Part shown: positions 51,942 to 64,000 of the stretch, piece after piece
Numbering within the stretch: the stretch's first letter is position 1
Layout: each line of letters starts with the position of its first letter
Origin: Yuukianura sp. NJ FZ-2021
Lineage: Eukaryota
Direction of reading: 5' to 3'
Length of the DNA stretch: 64,000 nt
NCBI GenBank assembly: GCA_046563655.1
Contig: CM102286.1
Location: 13,516,001 to 13,580,000, forward strand
The notes under the pieces: model-generated
Database searches by the model: none
What the model was told of the DNA's origin: nothing
What the model saw: the letters and a program-made list of their open reading frames with translations, nothing else
Program-made: the position numbers and the translations under genes

Positions 51942-53282
51942 ATGAGTTTCGGAGATGAAGACGATGAGTTGAATTGTACCCTCTGGGTTGGAAATCTTGA
52001 TCCAAAGATCACGGAGGCTGCGTTGTTTGAAATATTTATCCAAGTAAGGTGTCTTTCTTCTCAATTTAGGAAGCATTTGTGTTACGATATTAATTGATTG
52101 ATAATTTACGATTTAGGGCGGACCCATCGAGAAGATTCACATTCCGAAAGGGAAGGATGGTAACGCACACAAGGGGTACTGTTTCATTACATTCCAGCAT
52201 AACGAGTCGGTACCGTACACAATGAATGCTTTGGGTGGAACGTGGCTATGTGGAAAATTGTTGAAGTTGCAGCCTCGGCCGGGTTCTAAGCATAAAAAGG
52301 TAAACATACCGTATTTCCTGGTATATAATGCACGCAATTTGTTGAAAATTGCTTTAATTACATTTGCTATACTTAGCTAATGGATGCTGCTAAGGAATGT
52401 GATCAACGACAGTACGTTCAACCTCAACCGCAACAACTACAAATGCCTGTTCCAGTGACACAGCCACTCCAAGGCCAGCAACAGCAGCAACAACAACAAT
52501 GGTTTCTAGCCCCGCCTCCTCAAATGGCTCAATTTCAAAACATGTTACTCTACCCGAACCAAATGTTCCAACCGTACCCACCTTGCCTTCCGAATCTCAA
52601 CAACGGAATGGCTCCAACCATGATTCAACTTCCATCCGGCATGACTCAACTGATTCCTCTGCCCGTACAAACCCAACCAGTACCAATCCCAATTCAACAA
52701 CAACCATTGCCGCCGCATGAGCAGCAACCGATACAACAACAGTATCACAACTACTCTCCTTCACCGCGCGGAGTACGGCCTTCTGTTGACTTGCGACAAC
52801 CGCGACCACCGCGTCCGGTTACCAATGGTTACTCACTTCCTCGGCAGTCAAATGGTCGAAGCAATGCTCAACTCTCTAGTCAGTACTCTCAACAACAACC
52901 TCAGGTGCTCAATGGATCTCAGTCTCAATCCATGCGCTTTCCTCATCCCAATGGCAGCCTACGCGGACCGAGACCAACACAACAACAACTTCAACGACCT
53001 CATCTTCAGAATCAACCGCTAGTTACTCGGAATAGCAATAAAGAAAATGGTAACGTTAACGTTCGTCCGACGTTTCCGCAGAGGAGTCAAGCTCAACCGC
53101 CGACTTTCCAGACATCTCCTCCCTTAGTCTACACAACTCCAATGTACCGGCACCAGTCTCCTCCAGCAGCCGTTGGCGGTGCTCCACTTCATTATCAAGG
53201 TCAACCTCTAGCACAAATGGATAGACAATTCTACCATCGACCACCGTTCCCCCCTCCGGCAGGAGATCTCTACACGTACTGA
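51942..53282 (+). CDS. RBM7: RBM7/RBM11-like RRM protein with Q/P-rich tail (exons ~51942-52043, 52117-52299, 52377-53282)
   Basis: TLWVGNLDPKITEAALFEIFIQ|GGPIEKIHIPKGKDG...YCFITFQHNESVPYTMNALGG...LKLQPRPGSKH matches the RBM7 RRM. Confidence 0.88.
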
Positions 53283-54057
53283 ATTCGTTTTCAATTTCCA
53301 CGGTCGCGGTCAAGCCCACGGTGCACCGTGACCTTGGAAATAATAATACCAACGAAGAAAAGGAAGGCACTTGACACGCATTAGTGGCAGTGGATTAGTA
53401 TAGACGAAAAAAAACGAATCTTCCATTGATTTTGAAAAAATGGAAATGAAACTCTGAAATTAGTCAAAAAATGAAAGGTTCCCCAAAGGTGGTTCCTTGT
53501 ACTACATGATTCCTAAAAATGAAAACGAAAATGACAAACCAAGTGCATAAAATTCCATGTTAATTTTGAGTTTTTGGAACTTAAGGTTCCAAGGACAAGA
53601 AATGACAAGGTACTCCTGCCAACCTAACATTGCGAGTCAATCAAAATGTTAAAAACGTTTCATATTAGCATCTTCCTTTGGCTAAACTTTAGTCAAGTTA
53701 GTGAAGTGTTGAATAGTCTTGTTTAACAACGTTTTCAGTTTTTCCAAAAAACGGTTGTTTTAAAAACCAAAATTTGCTAAAAACTTGGCCTCAATTAGTT
53801 TCTGATGGTTGTGATATAGAAAAAGGATTTTGTTTATAACTAGTACTTCACTTCTATAGTAAAAGTCAGCAAAAGCATTAACATTGTTAGCAAAAACAGA
53901 CAGCTACCACACTTTTCCAACTAAAATTGTTACTTTTTAAATCATTTCATTACTTGTCTTGGAATTTGTAATAAAACTATCTAAAGCAAAAAAAATCTAT
54001 TACAATTTTGAGCCCAAGACGAAAGTCAGATTCGGCGGTTTCCAATAATTGAAGTTG

Positions 54058-55748
54058 CTAATCGTTGTCAAGAATTTCAACTTTCGGCGCCATTTTGAGT
54101 ATCTCAGGGTTAGTAGTCGATTCTTCGTCGTTGGGTTTGGTACGCTTTGAAGCCTTAATTTCTTTCGATGGTAGACATTTACTTTTAAGTTTCATTGTTA
54201 ATTTCTTCAGATCATTGATGTGCACATCTTGAACAGTGAGAGAAAAATCAAACACATACACAAAAAATGAATTCTTTGAATGAATGAACCATTTTTTTAA
54301 GCAAACCGGGGATTGTCCAGTCGATAAAGTCAGATGCAAGAGCCATCATTTTTGTAGGATCCGAATTCGCTGAGTAAGGCTCAACTTCTACTTCAAGCAA
54401 TTTTGCTACTCCTCCCATTACATCGTCGATCAAACCCCGAATTATGAGATCAGCTTTCTTATCCTGGAAAATGGTTGAAAAACGTTAGTGTACATCTTAA
54501 TCTACGTAGTTTCTAGAATTAATACACCATGTACATGCTTTGTGGGTTGAAGATTGACGATGACCAGACGTCCACCTGGGTTCTTCCTTGCTGTAAGCGG
54601 AAGATTTCCAGCAGGAACAATCTGCAGTGTCGTGCCAAGGCAAATACTCAGATCAGCAAGTCTAAGAGAAGACCATACCAACGGTCAGCACTTCTGAAGT
54701 AGTAGTTAGCAAAAGTTTGCTTAGGTAGTCTTGAAAGCTTACTTGGAATTTACTTCCGCAGTTAGGAGTTCAAGTTCTGGTAGGGCGTGTTCCCAGTCCA
54801 ACAGCGTATCTAGGAAAATCAGTAGATTAAAAAAATATATATAAAAAATAAAATTCCATTGTACCTTATTAATATATTAAGAAAATATTTCTAACCACGG
54901 AGCTTCCCACGGCATGATCGTCCTCCAGGTTTTGCAACTGGGCAACCCAAGCCGATTTCTTTTTGACCAACAGTTGGCAGCGCACTTGACAGGGCAATAT
55001 ACCTGAAAAGAAGGTATAATTTGGGTTATTTTGTGCCAGTAATGAAGTTTCGGATGTTAACTCACTTTTCACAGAATGAACATTTCGCTACAAACATATT
55101 TCCATGTAACTCCGAAAGCTGGGTTCGTTTTATTCCGGATCTAAGATGAAGTCCATCGATGTTTTGGGTAATGATGTGCTTTAAATGGCCTACAACAAAG
55201 TAAATTTTTTCAGTTACACGTTGATTAAATCAGATTAAAATTAAAATGCTGCGAGTTATGAATAGTTACCCGAGTCTAGTAAACTTTTGAGCGCCATATG
55301 AGCTGGAGTCGGGATTGCCGAATCGAAAGAAGTGTTTATGTCGGGCTTCAGTCCTTTTTTCTCAAGCGTCCAAACTCCTTTGGGTCCTCTGAAATCTAGT
55401 TTATAGAAATGGAACATCAAACTCAATGATTTTAGTAAAGCAAATCGTTAACTTCTGCACACCTACCCGGAATTCCAGCAGATGTTGAGCATCCAGCTCC
55501 TGTGTGCACGACGGCATGCTTCGCCGTTCGTAACCATTCAGCTAAAATACTAATCTTCTTTGTAATTGCTTCTGGAGTATCGCGAATCTGTACAGAAAAA
55601 CATATGTTTATATTACACTTATTAAGTTGCTGGGCATGTTGTCAAAAATTTTAGAAAACCAGCAACAAGACTTTGACATAACCTCTGGAAGACCAAGTTT
55701 CCCTTTGTTCGAGTACGGTGACAGCCCGTCAGCATAGTTGCAAGACAT
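54058..55748 (-). CDS. SIRT6: NAD-dependent deacylase sirtuin 6, about 9 exons
   Basis: [109 protein letters not shown]. Confidence 0.97.
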
Positions 55749-56252
55749 TTTGAAGCCGATCCCAATGGAATTACAGCAACGGTGTCCTTAACCCTACTCA
55801 TAATGTATGGTTTTGGCTACTACCTGCGACATTTCCTTATTAAAAACGTTAATTAACCGCTTGATCAATTCAATTTATCTTAATCCAATTAAGATAAATT
55901 ACATAATGAGGTTAAAGGTCAGCTGATATTGGTAAACAAACCGACTTGACAAAAACATACACACAAATTCCTACCCTCATGCAACGTACACGGGCAACTT
56001 AATTACCACTTGCTTCTAACAATGAATCATGAGGACAAGCATTTGAAAGGGACTAATTAACATTTAATTGTTTATATTTGTTAATTAGTTGTTCAAATTA
56101 TCGCTTCGATTAATTGTTTATTAGTTTACAATTGAATTCTCGGAAAACGTTTTGATTCATTCTTTTCTTCGTAATTTCTGAAGTGGCGGGAAAAAGCCTT
56201 TGAAAGGTAAACATTCATTCTCGTGTTTTTTTATTTTTATTTGTGCCGAAAA

Positions 56253-57154
56253 CATAGATGGGCATCCTCAAAGAGGACGTCCTCAAATCCTCTATCCTCA
56301 ATCGATTCCCGATCCTCAAGTACTCTTCTCCTCTATCCTCACTCGATTTCTAGTCCTCAAATCTTCAAAACCTCATCCTCATTGGTATCCCAATCCTTAA
56401 AACCTCAAATCCTCTATCCTCAACCCCAATAATGTCCTCAAATCCTTAAACCTCTATCCTCAATTAAGTGAAAATAACTATATATACAGTTTGGTTCACC
56501 AAGTGAATTTTATTTCAGACTGTAATATTGAATTTAATTAACCAAAAAGCCCATACAGTTTGGTTCACCAAGTCAATTTTATTTCAGACTGTAATATTGA
56601 ATTTAATTAACCAAAAAGCCCATAACCATTAAGTCAAGCCTTACCAATGGGATTCAAACAGTTGTAGCAATTAGGCTGAACAATCGTGATTGTTATTGGA
56701 AGCCAAATTTGTGCTAAGCAGATGTTGGCGTATCATTAACGCTTGCAGTGGCAGTGGCAGCTGATGATACAAAAGAATAATAGTGAAGAGAAGAAATCGG
56801 ATCAAAGCTCATGCTCGACTTTGAAACAACCGCGGTTGTTAGCGGGATGTCTTGGGATGTCTCATTTGACTCAATTTGCTAGGAATTGCGAAATTGAGGA
56901 GTGCTCAAATACTCAATCCTCAAGTAAATTTGAATCCTCAACTACTCTAATCCTCTATCCTCACTTCATACTATATCCTTAAATACTCAAAACCTCTATC
57001 CTCATTCAAAATCGTTCCTCAAAACTTCAATCCTCTATACTCTTCGAGGCCATCGGTCCTCAAATCTTCTATACTCAATCCTCATCCAAAATTGTGTCCT
57101 CTTTGAGGATTCCGTCCTCTTTGAGGATTTTTTGAGTGAGGACGCCCATCTATG
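56253..57154. mobile_element. 902-bp non-autonomous DNA transposon (MITE), 8-bp TSD, hAT or P superfamily
   Basis: TIRs CATAGATGGGCATCCTCA / TGAGGACGCCCATCTATG (17 of 18 match), perfect flanking duplication GCCGAAAA (56245-56252 and 57155-57162), dense subterminal ATCCTC motifs, internal 69-bp tandem duplication at 56484/56553. Confidence 0.92.
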
Positions 57155-57227
57155 GCCGAAAAATCGTTTGTCGTTCGCAGTAATCAGTTGTTTTGATTAA
57201 CGATTACTTAATTACTCATACTGGACA

Positions 57228-60200
57228 ATGAGGCCTGGAGGTTCTGCAACTGATGTGTTGGGATTTGGCGAGCCGGATTTGGACTGCAATGCTGCGCTAA
57301 GTGAATTAGATAAAGGTAATGGAATAAAAGAATTTTTGTTGAGATTCGGTTCATCGTTCATCATTCATGAATTTTTTAATGGTACAAATAATCACAAAAT
57401 GAATGCTATTTTTGTTAGGATTGCGGTCGGTGAAGGTGGGAGATCAATGTGAGGCCATTGTTCGGTTTCCTGCCTTGTTCGAGAGATATCCGTTCCCAAT
57501 TTTAATCAACTCTGCTTTTCTAAAACTTGCTGATGTCTTTCGCACTGGCTCAAACTTTCTTCGCCTATGGGTTCTTCGTGTTTGTCAACAGAGCGAGCGA
57601 CATTTGGAGAAAATATCCACTACTGAAGAATTTATCAAGAAGATATTCAGTGTTATGCATTCGAATGACGCTATTGCTCGTGCCCTCACCCTTAGAGCCC
57701 TTGGCAGTCTATCTGCGCTGATTCCTGAGAGAAAATCAGTACATCACAGTATTCGCGTAGCATTGGATTCAAATGACCGAGTCGAAGTATCGGCCGCTAT
57801 CTATGCAGCATCCTGCTTTGCTCAGCGATCCAAGTAAGTAGACTTTCGACTATCAACGGAGCCTAAGGTCCCTATATTTTGAAACTACAGCTTGAATTTA
57901 AGATTTAACCGATGTTTTTTTTAGAACTTTTGGGACCACTATGTGCACCAAGATTTCAACAATGGTTCAGATGTTGTCAACTCCTCTGGACTTGAAATTG
58001 AGGCTGATTCCAATTTTTCAGCATATGCATCACGACGCTGAAACAGCAACAACTGTAAGAATTTGCATTATGAAATTGCCTTAATACTTGTAATTGTAAA
58101 TGAAAACATCCGTTTTCGTGGATTTTTAGGTACGAAAGTTATGTCAGGATTTGTTACTCAGTTATCCGTCAGAGAATTTCGTCACCACAATTCTCCAAAC
58201 GTTAACAAGATTAGCTATTGCAGCGATTTCAGATCTGACAGAACAGGTATGACTTTCCATAATTTTGTGTGTGTGCCTGCATCAACTTTGCTTGGAAAAT
58301 CTTAATCATTGTGAACTTTTTTTTAGGTATCGTTCCTCTTGAAGCACTTGGAAGATAATCGACCAGGAGTGAAGCTAAGTGTACTTCAAGATTTAAAACT
58401 TCTTGGCGAGGCAGGAGGTCACTTATGGGATTCTACACACGTTTCAACCTTAATAAATTCTCTACTAAGCTACTACTCTAATCGAATGGACTTGGATCAG
58501 CAGGACGACATGGACACTAAAATAATTTACACTACGCTGGATGTCGTCAACAGTCTTACTTCATCCACTGCCATCTTGAGCTTTGTGCATTCTGAAGGTT
58601 TCAGTTAAATCCAGCCGATTGTGTCAGTTTATCGACCAACATCAAACCAAAATCTTTGTTTTTTTTAGAAACACCACTATGGGTCTTATTGGAGACGGGT
58701 ATGCACTCTAACGACATCCGAATAGTGCTCAAGGCAATTCAAATCGGAACCAGCATCACTGTCAACATGTAAGACATTGTATTGATTACTATTAATTTAA
58801 TTGATTGCTACTTACAGAATGTGATACACAAATCAGTCACAATTTGATTGAATTTTAGCAAGAGCTCCGATGGCCTAGCTACGATTGCTGGAACTCGTCT
58901 TATTGGACTCGTCAAGGAAGGAACCGAAATCTTACTTTCCCGCCTCTGCACCGTGGAAGCTGCAACGACTATAACGATTGAAGAACAGTTGAAATACTTG
59001 CAAAAATGTTTAATTCATGGAACTTCGATGAGCAAAACAAGTCCATACTTTTGCGAATGGTTCTGTGATACTTTAGCGGAATTGGTTCAGCTAAATGAAC
59101 TTGCAGGTAAGAACATTTTGAATATCGAATACGAATCGTATACTATAGAAATTCACGTTGATTTAGTGCCGGCCAGCTGTAACAATTTCGAACTTTGGAT
59201 TCTTTTTAGGTTCAAAACGAAATCTAGTTTGTCAAGCGTTAGGAAACATTGGGAGGTTTAACCTGGACAATGTCCGAAGAATTGTTCCATCACTAATCCA
59301 ATTGCTTTACGGTTGGGAGGAAGCCCAGTTGCGAGAAGAGAATAACACTGTGGTAAAAGGGTGGAACTAAACTGATGAAACTATAAACTGTACACGTTAA
59401 TTGAATTAAGTAATTGATTAATTGAACTTTGTTCTTTGTTTAGACGGTTCTCGTCGCAATTATTCTTCAAGCTCATCAGAGTTACTCCTTGGATGCAACA
59501 GTGAAGGACTTCCTGAAGAAGATAATTTTTTCTTCAAATCTTTGGATTGCTTATCGAATTGCGAGGAGCTGCTTCAGGTGAACAATTTTCAGATTTACTT
59601 CATTTTAAAAAAGAACTTGGGATTACTTGATTACTTTAAAAATAGATACTTGAAATCGATTTTTTTTGTGTTGCAGATATGGTCAGCCAGAAATTGCAGC
59701 GTTGGCACTTGAAGACTCAGCTACCAAAGTTTGCTCTGAAAATTTCTTCTTTTGGCTATCAGCGTTACACTCGATTGCTTTGGGCGAATCTATTCTTTCC
59801 AATCAAGAAATTCCATTGCTACAAACAAGGCTTATGAAAGCCACTAACTTGTACTTGCAAGCTGTAACTTCGTTGAAGGTAAAGCATTCCAAAAAATTGA
59901 ATTCTAGTTGCTTATAAAAAAAAAATATTAAATACTTATGATTTTCTTGTTTTAATTATTAGGCTGCCAGCAATCCCACGACCACACTTGAGTTTCAAAC
60001 GGAATTTGTTCGACTCCGTTGTGAAATGCTGGTTTCATTTCGCGGATTCTTCATTTCATGTGGAAACTTACAATTTTCTCCACCTCCAGCAATTGCTCCC
60101 AGCGCCAACAGCGGAGCCAATAAGGATTCTCTCATGTCCTCCGGCAGAGTCGTCTCACAGGTCGGTTTTTAGTAACGTTTTTACACTTACTATATAGGAA

Positions 60201-61753
60201 TTCGTGTTTGAGCTGAACTAATCATGATTAAATTAATTGTGTAGCTCCGCAAATCTGCACGAGAGTTTTATGCACTTGGAGAAGCCTATGGTCGTTTGTA
60301 TCAGACTGCCTTTGACTCTGACAACGACAGTCTCCTCACGGTTCGGATGTACGTAAATATTTTTTTTGAAAACAAATCGGTTGGCTTAAGGTTTACTGTA
60401 GTCATTGTAGCCACGCAGTGTAGCCACTTTGCGGCTACAATAGGTGGCTACACTTTGCCGTTACGGCTACCACCGGTCTCGGTGGGTACACTTATAGCGA
60501 CTAGAATGAGGATCGTTAATCCTTCTCTTTCTTTACCAGCAAATCATTTCGTTCTGCTTACGTTTTTTTTCCAGACTCCAACAAGTATGTCAGCTGGTTG
60601 GACGCGCTATAGAAAAGCTTGTCATTCCGAAGGAACACGCTTCTAACATTGGAACTGGAGACCAAGCTTTTACGTTTTGTTTTGAACCGGATCTCACGGA
60701 ATGTAGCAATTCTTGGCCTCTTATCGAATCTTGTCAACGCGTCGTCACTTTAGCACGAGCTGTCCATGACTTTTCTTTTGAGAAAGGAATTACACAACAG
60801 GTTAGTGCCAAGCATTGCACAATGTTAGTCAATGGTGGCTCTGAAAGGGATAATTTACTTTGTTCTATTAGCATATCGACTGTCTAAAGGAAGCAATGCG
60901 AATCCTAACGGAAACGCCGATTACATATCCACGATTTTTCTTCCAAAGGTTGCAAACGACGACAGTAAAAGTAAGTCATAGACTATGACTCGTAGCTGAC
61001 AAAGTTTCAAACAATTTGCCAACATTGACTTTTTTTTAGATGGCTGTGTATCCGAATCCACGGAATCCTGGAGAACCAATCACAGTGCTGATGGGGAATC
61101 AGTTGGCTCTAAAAGCAGAAGGCGTAATTGAACAAACGTTTGCTGGCATGAAACCCCTGGATGTCTCCACTTCGTCATCTCGATCTCAGTCTCAGTGTTT
61201 CCGGAAGCCAAAGACCATCCGAATCACGGTCATCTCTAGCCAAGTTCAAAGTATTCGAACCCACTCTCATACAATGGACATGAACAAGGTTGGTGTTGCT
61301 ATTTTCATCATCGTAGTTGATGGTTTTAACGATTAGTATGATTACAAACTGATTAAAACTGTTTAATAACCACGGTTTGTTTGAATTTTTTTTCAGGGAA
61401 ATAGTGAGCCGCTGGTGGTATACAAAGATGTGCTTCCGCATCGCGACTACTTCACAGTCCAATTTTTGCTGGGGAACTGGACCAGTGGGATAAAGAATCT
61501 ATCTGTGGAGAGTTCTATTATTGACAACGAAGAACAGCAGTGGACAGGCGGACCTAAGACGACACTTTCCATTAAAGTTCTGGAAGAAGTTACTACTAAA
61601 AGTCAAGGTCAATCCAGTTCATCAGCACCAGCAACATCAGCAGCATCCTCCAGCCGAGGCGGTACTACTGCCGGAGTATCAACTTCAAACCCATCGCAGC
61701 AGCAATCTCTCCCTGGTTCGTCTAAAGCTAAGCCTACAAATGCATCCCACTGA
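57228..61753 (+). CDS. INTS7: Integrator complex subunit 7, many exons
   Basis: DCNAALSELDK|GLRSVKVGDQCEAIVRFPALFERYPFPILINSAFLKLADVFRTGSNFLRL, MHSNDAIARALTLRALG, YRIARSCFR|YGQ, LYQTAFDSD, PRFFFQRLQTTTVK, PHRDYFTVQFLL. Confidence 0.96.
60396..60505. repeat. TGTAGCCAC/GTGGCTACA hairpin repeat, copy 2, inside an enlarged INTS7 intron
   Basis: cagtgtagccact...caataggtggctaca core shared with 26873. Confidence 0.6.
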
Positions 61754-61857
61754 ATTAAGGTAAAGAAACTAAAATATCTAAGTTAATTAAGCGTTAAAAA
61801 GTTATTTTATTTAAAAGAAGGATAAAGTTTCTGCAGAGTTTTAAAAGAGTAGTTTTT

Positions 61858-62498
61858 TTAGTTGTCCAATTTGAAATAGTCAGATTTCCCGCCAGTTTTT
61901 TTCACCAGTCGGATGTCCTTGATAACAATTCCCTTGTCGATGGCTTTACACATGTCGTAAATCGTGAGAGCAGCGATGGCTACTGCCGTCAGCGCTTCCA
62001 TTTCAACTCCAGTGTTAGAAATCGTTTTTGCTAGGCTTTGAATTCTAATAGTTTTGGTTGGATGGTCCAAAGTCAGCTGGACGTCCATTTTGGTCAGAGG
62101 AAGAGGATGGCAAAGTGGAATCAAAGTAGATGTTTGCTTCCCGCCCATTATGCCAGCGATTTGAGAAATCGTGAGGACGTCGCCTTTTTTCAATTTGTTT
62201 TCCACAATTGCTTTAAAAGTTTCTTCGTTCACGACTACTGAACCTTCGGCAATTGCTTCTCGGACGCTTGACTTCTTTTCGGATACGTCCACCATCTGAA
62301 CTTTCCCTTCTGCGTCTACGTGACTTAAAATCGATTTGTTATGATTGTCTGATGATGCTTCATGATGCACTGATGTATGAATCAATCGCTGTTGCATCAG
62401 TGCAAGTGAATTTGAAGTATTCTTAGTGCTAATGATTGTACTAATCAGTCTTCCAGTTGCGGCACTCGTAGAAAGTTGTAGAAATCTTGCTGTGGGAT
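61858..62498 (-). CDS. MOCS1: MOCS1B (MoaC, cyclic pyranopterin monophosphate synthase) terminal exon
   Basis: LSHVDAEGKVQMVDVSEK, KKGDVLTISQIAGIMGGKQTSTLIPLCHPL, TGVEMEALTAV, TIYDMCKA, KTGGKSD. The frame is open from the acceptor at 62500-62499. Confidence 0.96.
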
Positions 62499-62603
62499 CT
62501 GAAATATTTTAAATAGATCGTTTAAGAGTTGTTTTCGGCCATGCCATGACATGGAGATGTCGAGTTTAGAAATTGAAATTGATGACATACGTTTAACCCT
62601 TCA

Positions 62604-64000
62604 TCACCCACCGATTAAAATCATTGGTCGATTTTCCATTTTGGACAGGTTCATCATCCCTATTGTATAGAAAAAATTTTAAGTTTATGAATCGGTCACC
62701 ACAAAATTACGGGAAAAAATTATGTTTTAATCACCAGCGTGTTTGGCATGTTTCCTCTTCACTCCTCCTCCAATCAACGTCAGCAGTTCATCATCAGTTG
62801 CTCCATTTCGAATTGCATCTCTAAAACAAGTCGAAGTAATCAAAATTATGAAATGAAACAGACAATTTTGAAAAAAATGAAAACAAAAAGCTGGTTGATC
62901 GGATTTAAGTACCTGAGGGATACTTCCGAGTTACCGAATAGACAAACTTTTAGATTCCCGTCAGCCGTAATTCGTAGTCGGTTACACCCGCCACAGAAAT
63001 GATCCGACATTGAAGTTATGAAACCGAATTTTCCGGTGTATCCTGGAACTTGATACCCCTGTGAATGCAAATAAATGACAAAATTTTTAAGAAAAGTTAG
63101 ACTTTTGCACTCTTGAATTCAAGGATTTTATTAACGTTTTACCTTTGCTGTGTGATTGACCGAGTCTTGTAATTTTTCGTAGTCTGGATACTTCTTTTTG
63201 ATGATATCCAGCATCTCTTGGTATGAAACCATTTTACTCAAATCCCACTTATTTCCAGTGAACGGCATGTACTCGATGAATCGAATGTCAATTGGTCTGT
63301 CCTTGGTCATCTCAACGAAATCACAAAGTTCCTGTTCGTTTACACCCTTCATCACAACGACATTCAGCTTAACTTCCTTCAGAGGACTTTCCAGTGCCAA
63401 TTCAATTCCTTTCCACACTTTGAACCAAGCTGTTGAAGGTCTTCTGGAAATTTTTTCAAAGAGTTTCGGATTTAGAGAGTCCAGGCTAATGTTGATATGG
63501 GTGACTCCATTGGCAATCAAATCTTTTAGGTATCGTTGCAGAAGAATTCCATTCGTTGTGATTCCAATGGAGTTGACGTTCTGACCCGAGAGTTGACCTG
63601 TGACACAAAGCAGTTTTTAGTTAAGGTTTTCCTACCAATTAGATAAAACGTCATAAAAACGTTAACATACCTATGATACTTGGCAATTCCTTACGAATTA
63701 GTGGCTCTCCGCCTGTAAATCGTATTTTGTCAACTCCTTGACTGATGAAAAGTTTTCCAACTCGAACAATTTCTGAATCCGATAGAAGTCTGGCCGTAGG
63801 AGTCAGCGGAACTCCCTCTTCTGGCATACAGTAAGTACCTAAGTAATACAAAATTTAATATTTAATAAATATTGTAACAATAATAATTTAATTTATTGTA
63901 ATATAATTTTATTTCAGTTTTACACTTACATCTGAGGTTACACCTTTCAGTGACGGAGATTCGAAGGTAGTTGTGGGTTCTGCCGAATCTGTCTGTAAGA
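62604..64000 (-). CDS. MOCS1: MOCS1A (MoaA, radical SAM GTP 3',8-cyclase), 5' end outside the window
   Basis: [19 protein letters not shown] (CxxxCxxC), [50 protein letters not shown]-terminal NRPMILIGG*. Confidence 0.97.

Noticed and set aside
62601..62606. Selenocysteine or readthrough at the MOCS1A TGA TGA
   Set aside because: MoaA-family enzymes need a free C-terminal Gly-Gly, two stops make readthrough unlikely, and an in-phase alternative donor explains MOCS1B expression.

Overview
Eukaryotic, gene-dense, AT-rich window from a compact animal genome with mostly 55-100 nt introns. The proteins look arthropod-like; a springtail-like species is a guess from genome style only. Manual splicing gives about 21 protein-coding genes in order: IP3 3-kinase, a secreted Gly-rich peptide, SOCS5/Socs36E-like, a microbial-type aldo-keto reductase, an orphan secreted protein, a nanos-like gene whose zinc-finger exon is absent from the ORF track, a two-pore K+ channel, mitochondrial acetyl-CoA synthetase, TOM20, EXOC5, PRMT1, WDR43, an AND-1/Ctf4 apparently lacking its N-terminal WD40 domain, a possible Kizuna-like protein, an orphan repeat protein, GCP2, MTERF4, RBM7, SIRT6, INTS7 and a bicistronic MOCS1A/MOCS1B locus running off the right edge. 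Mobile DNA: a Helitron-like cluster packed with 44/59/131/179-bp repeats (48.3-50.9 kb), an intact 902-bp MITE with an 8-bp target-site duplication 73 bp upstream of the INTS7 ATG, and a small dispersed hairpin repeat. No CRISPR, rRNA or convincing tRNA. All homology calls come from remembered motifs, not database searches, and exon boundaries are read by eye.
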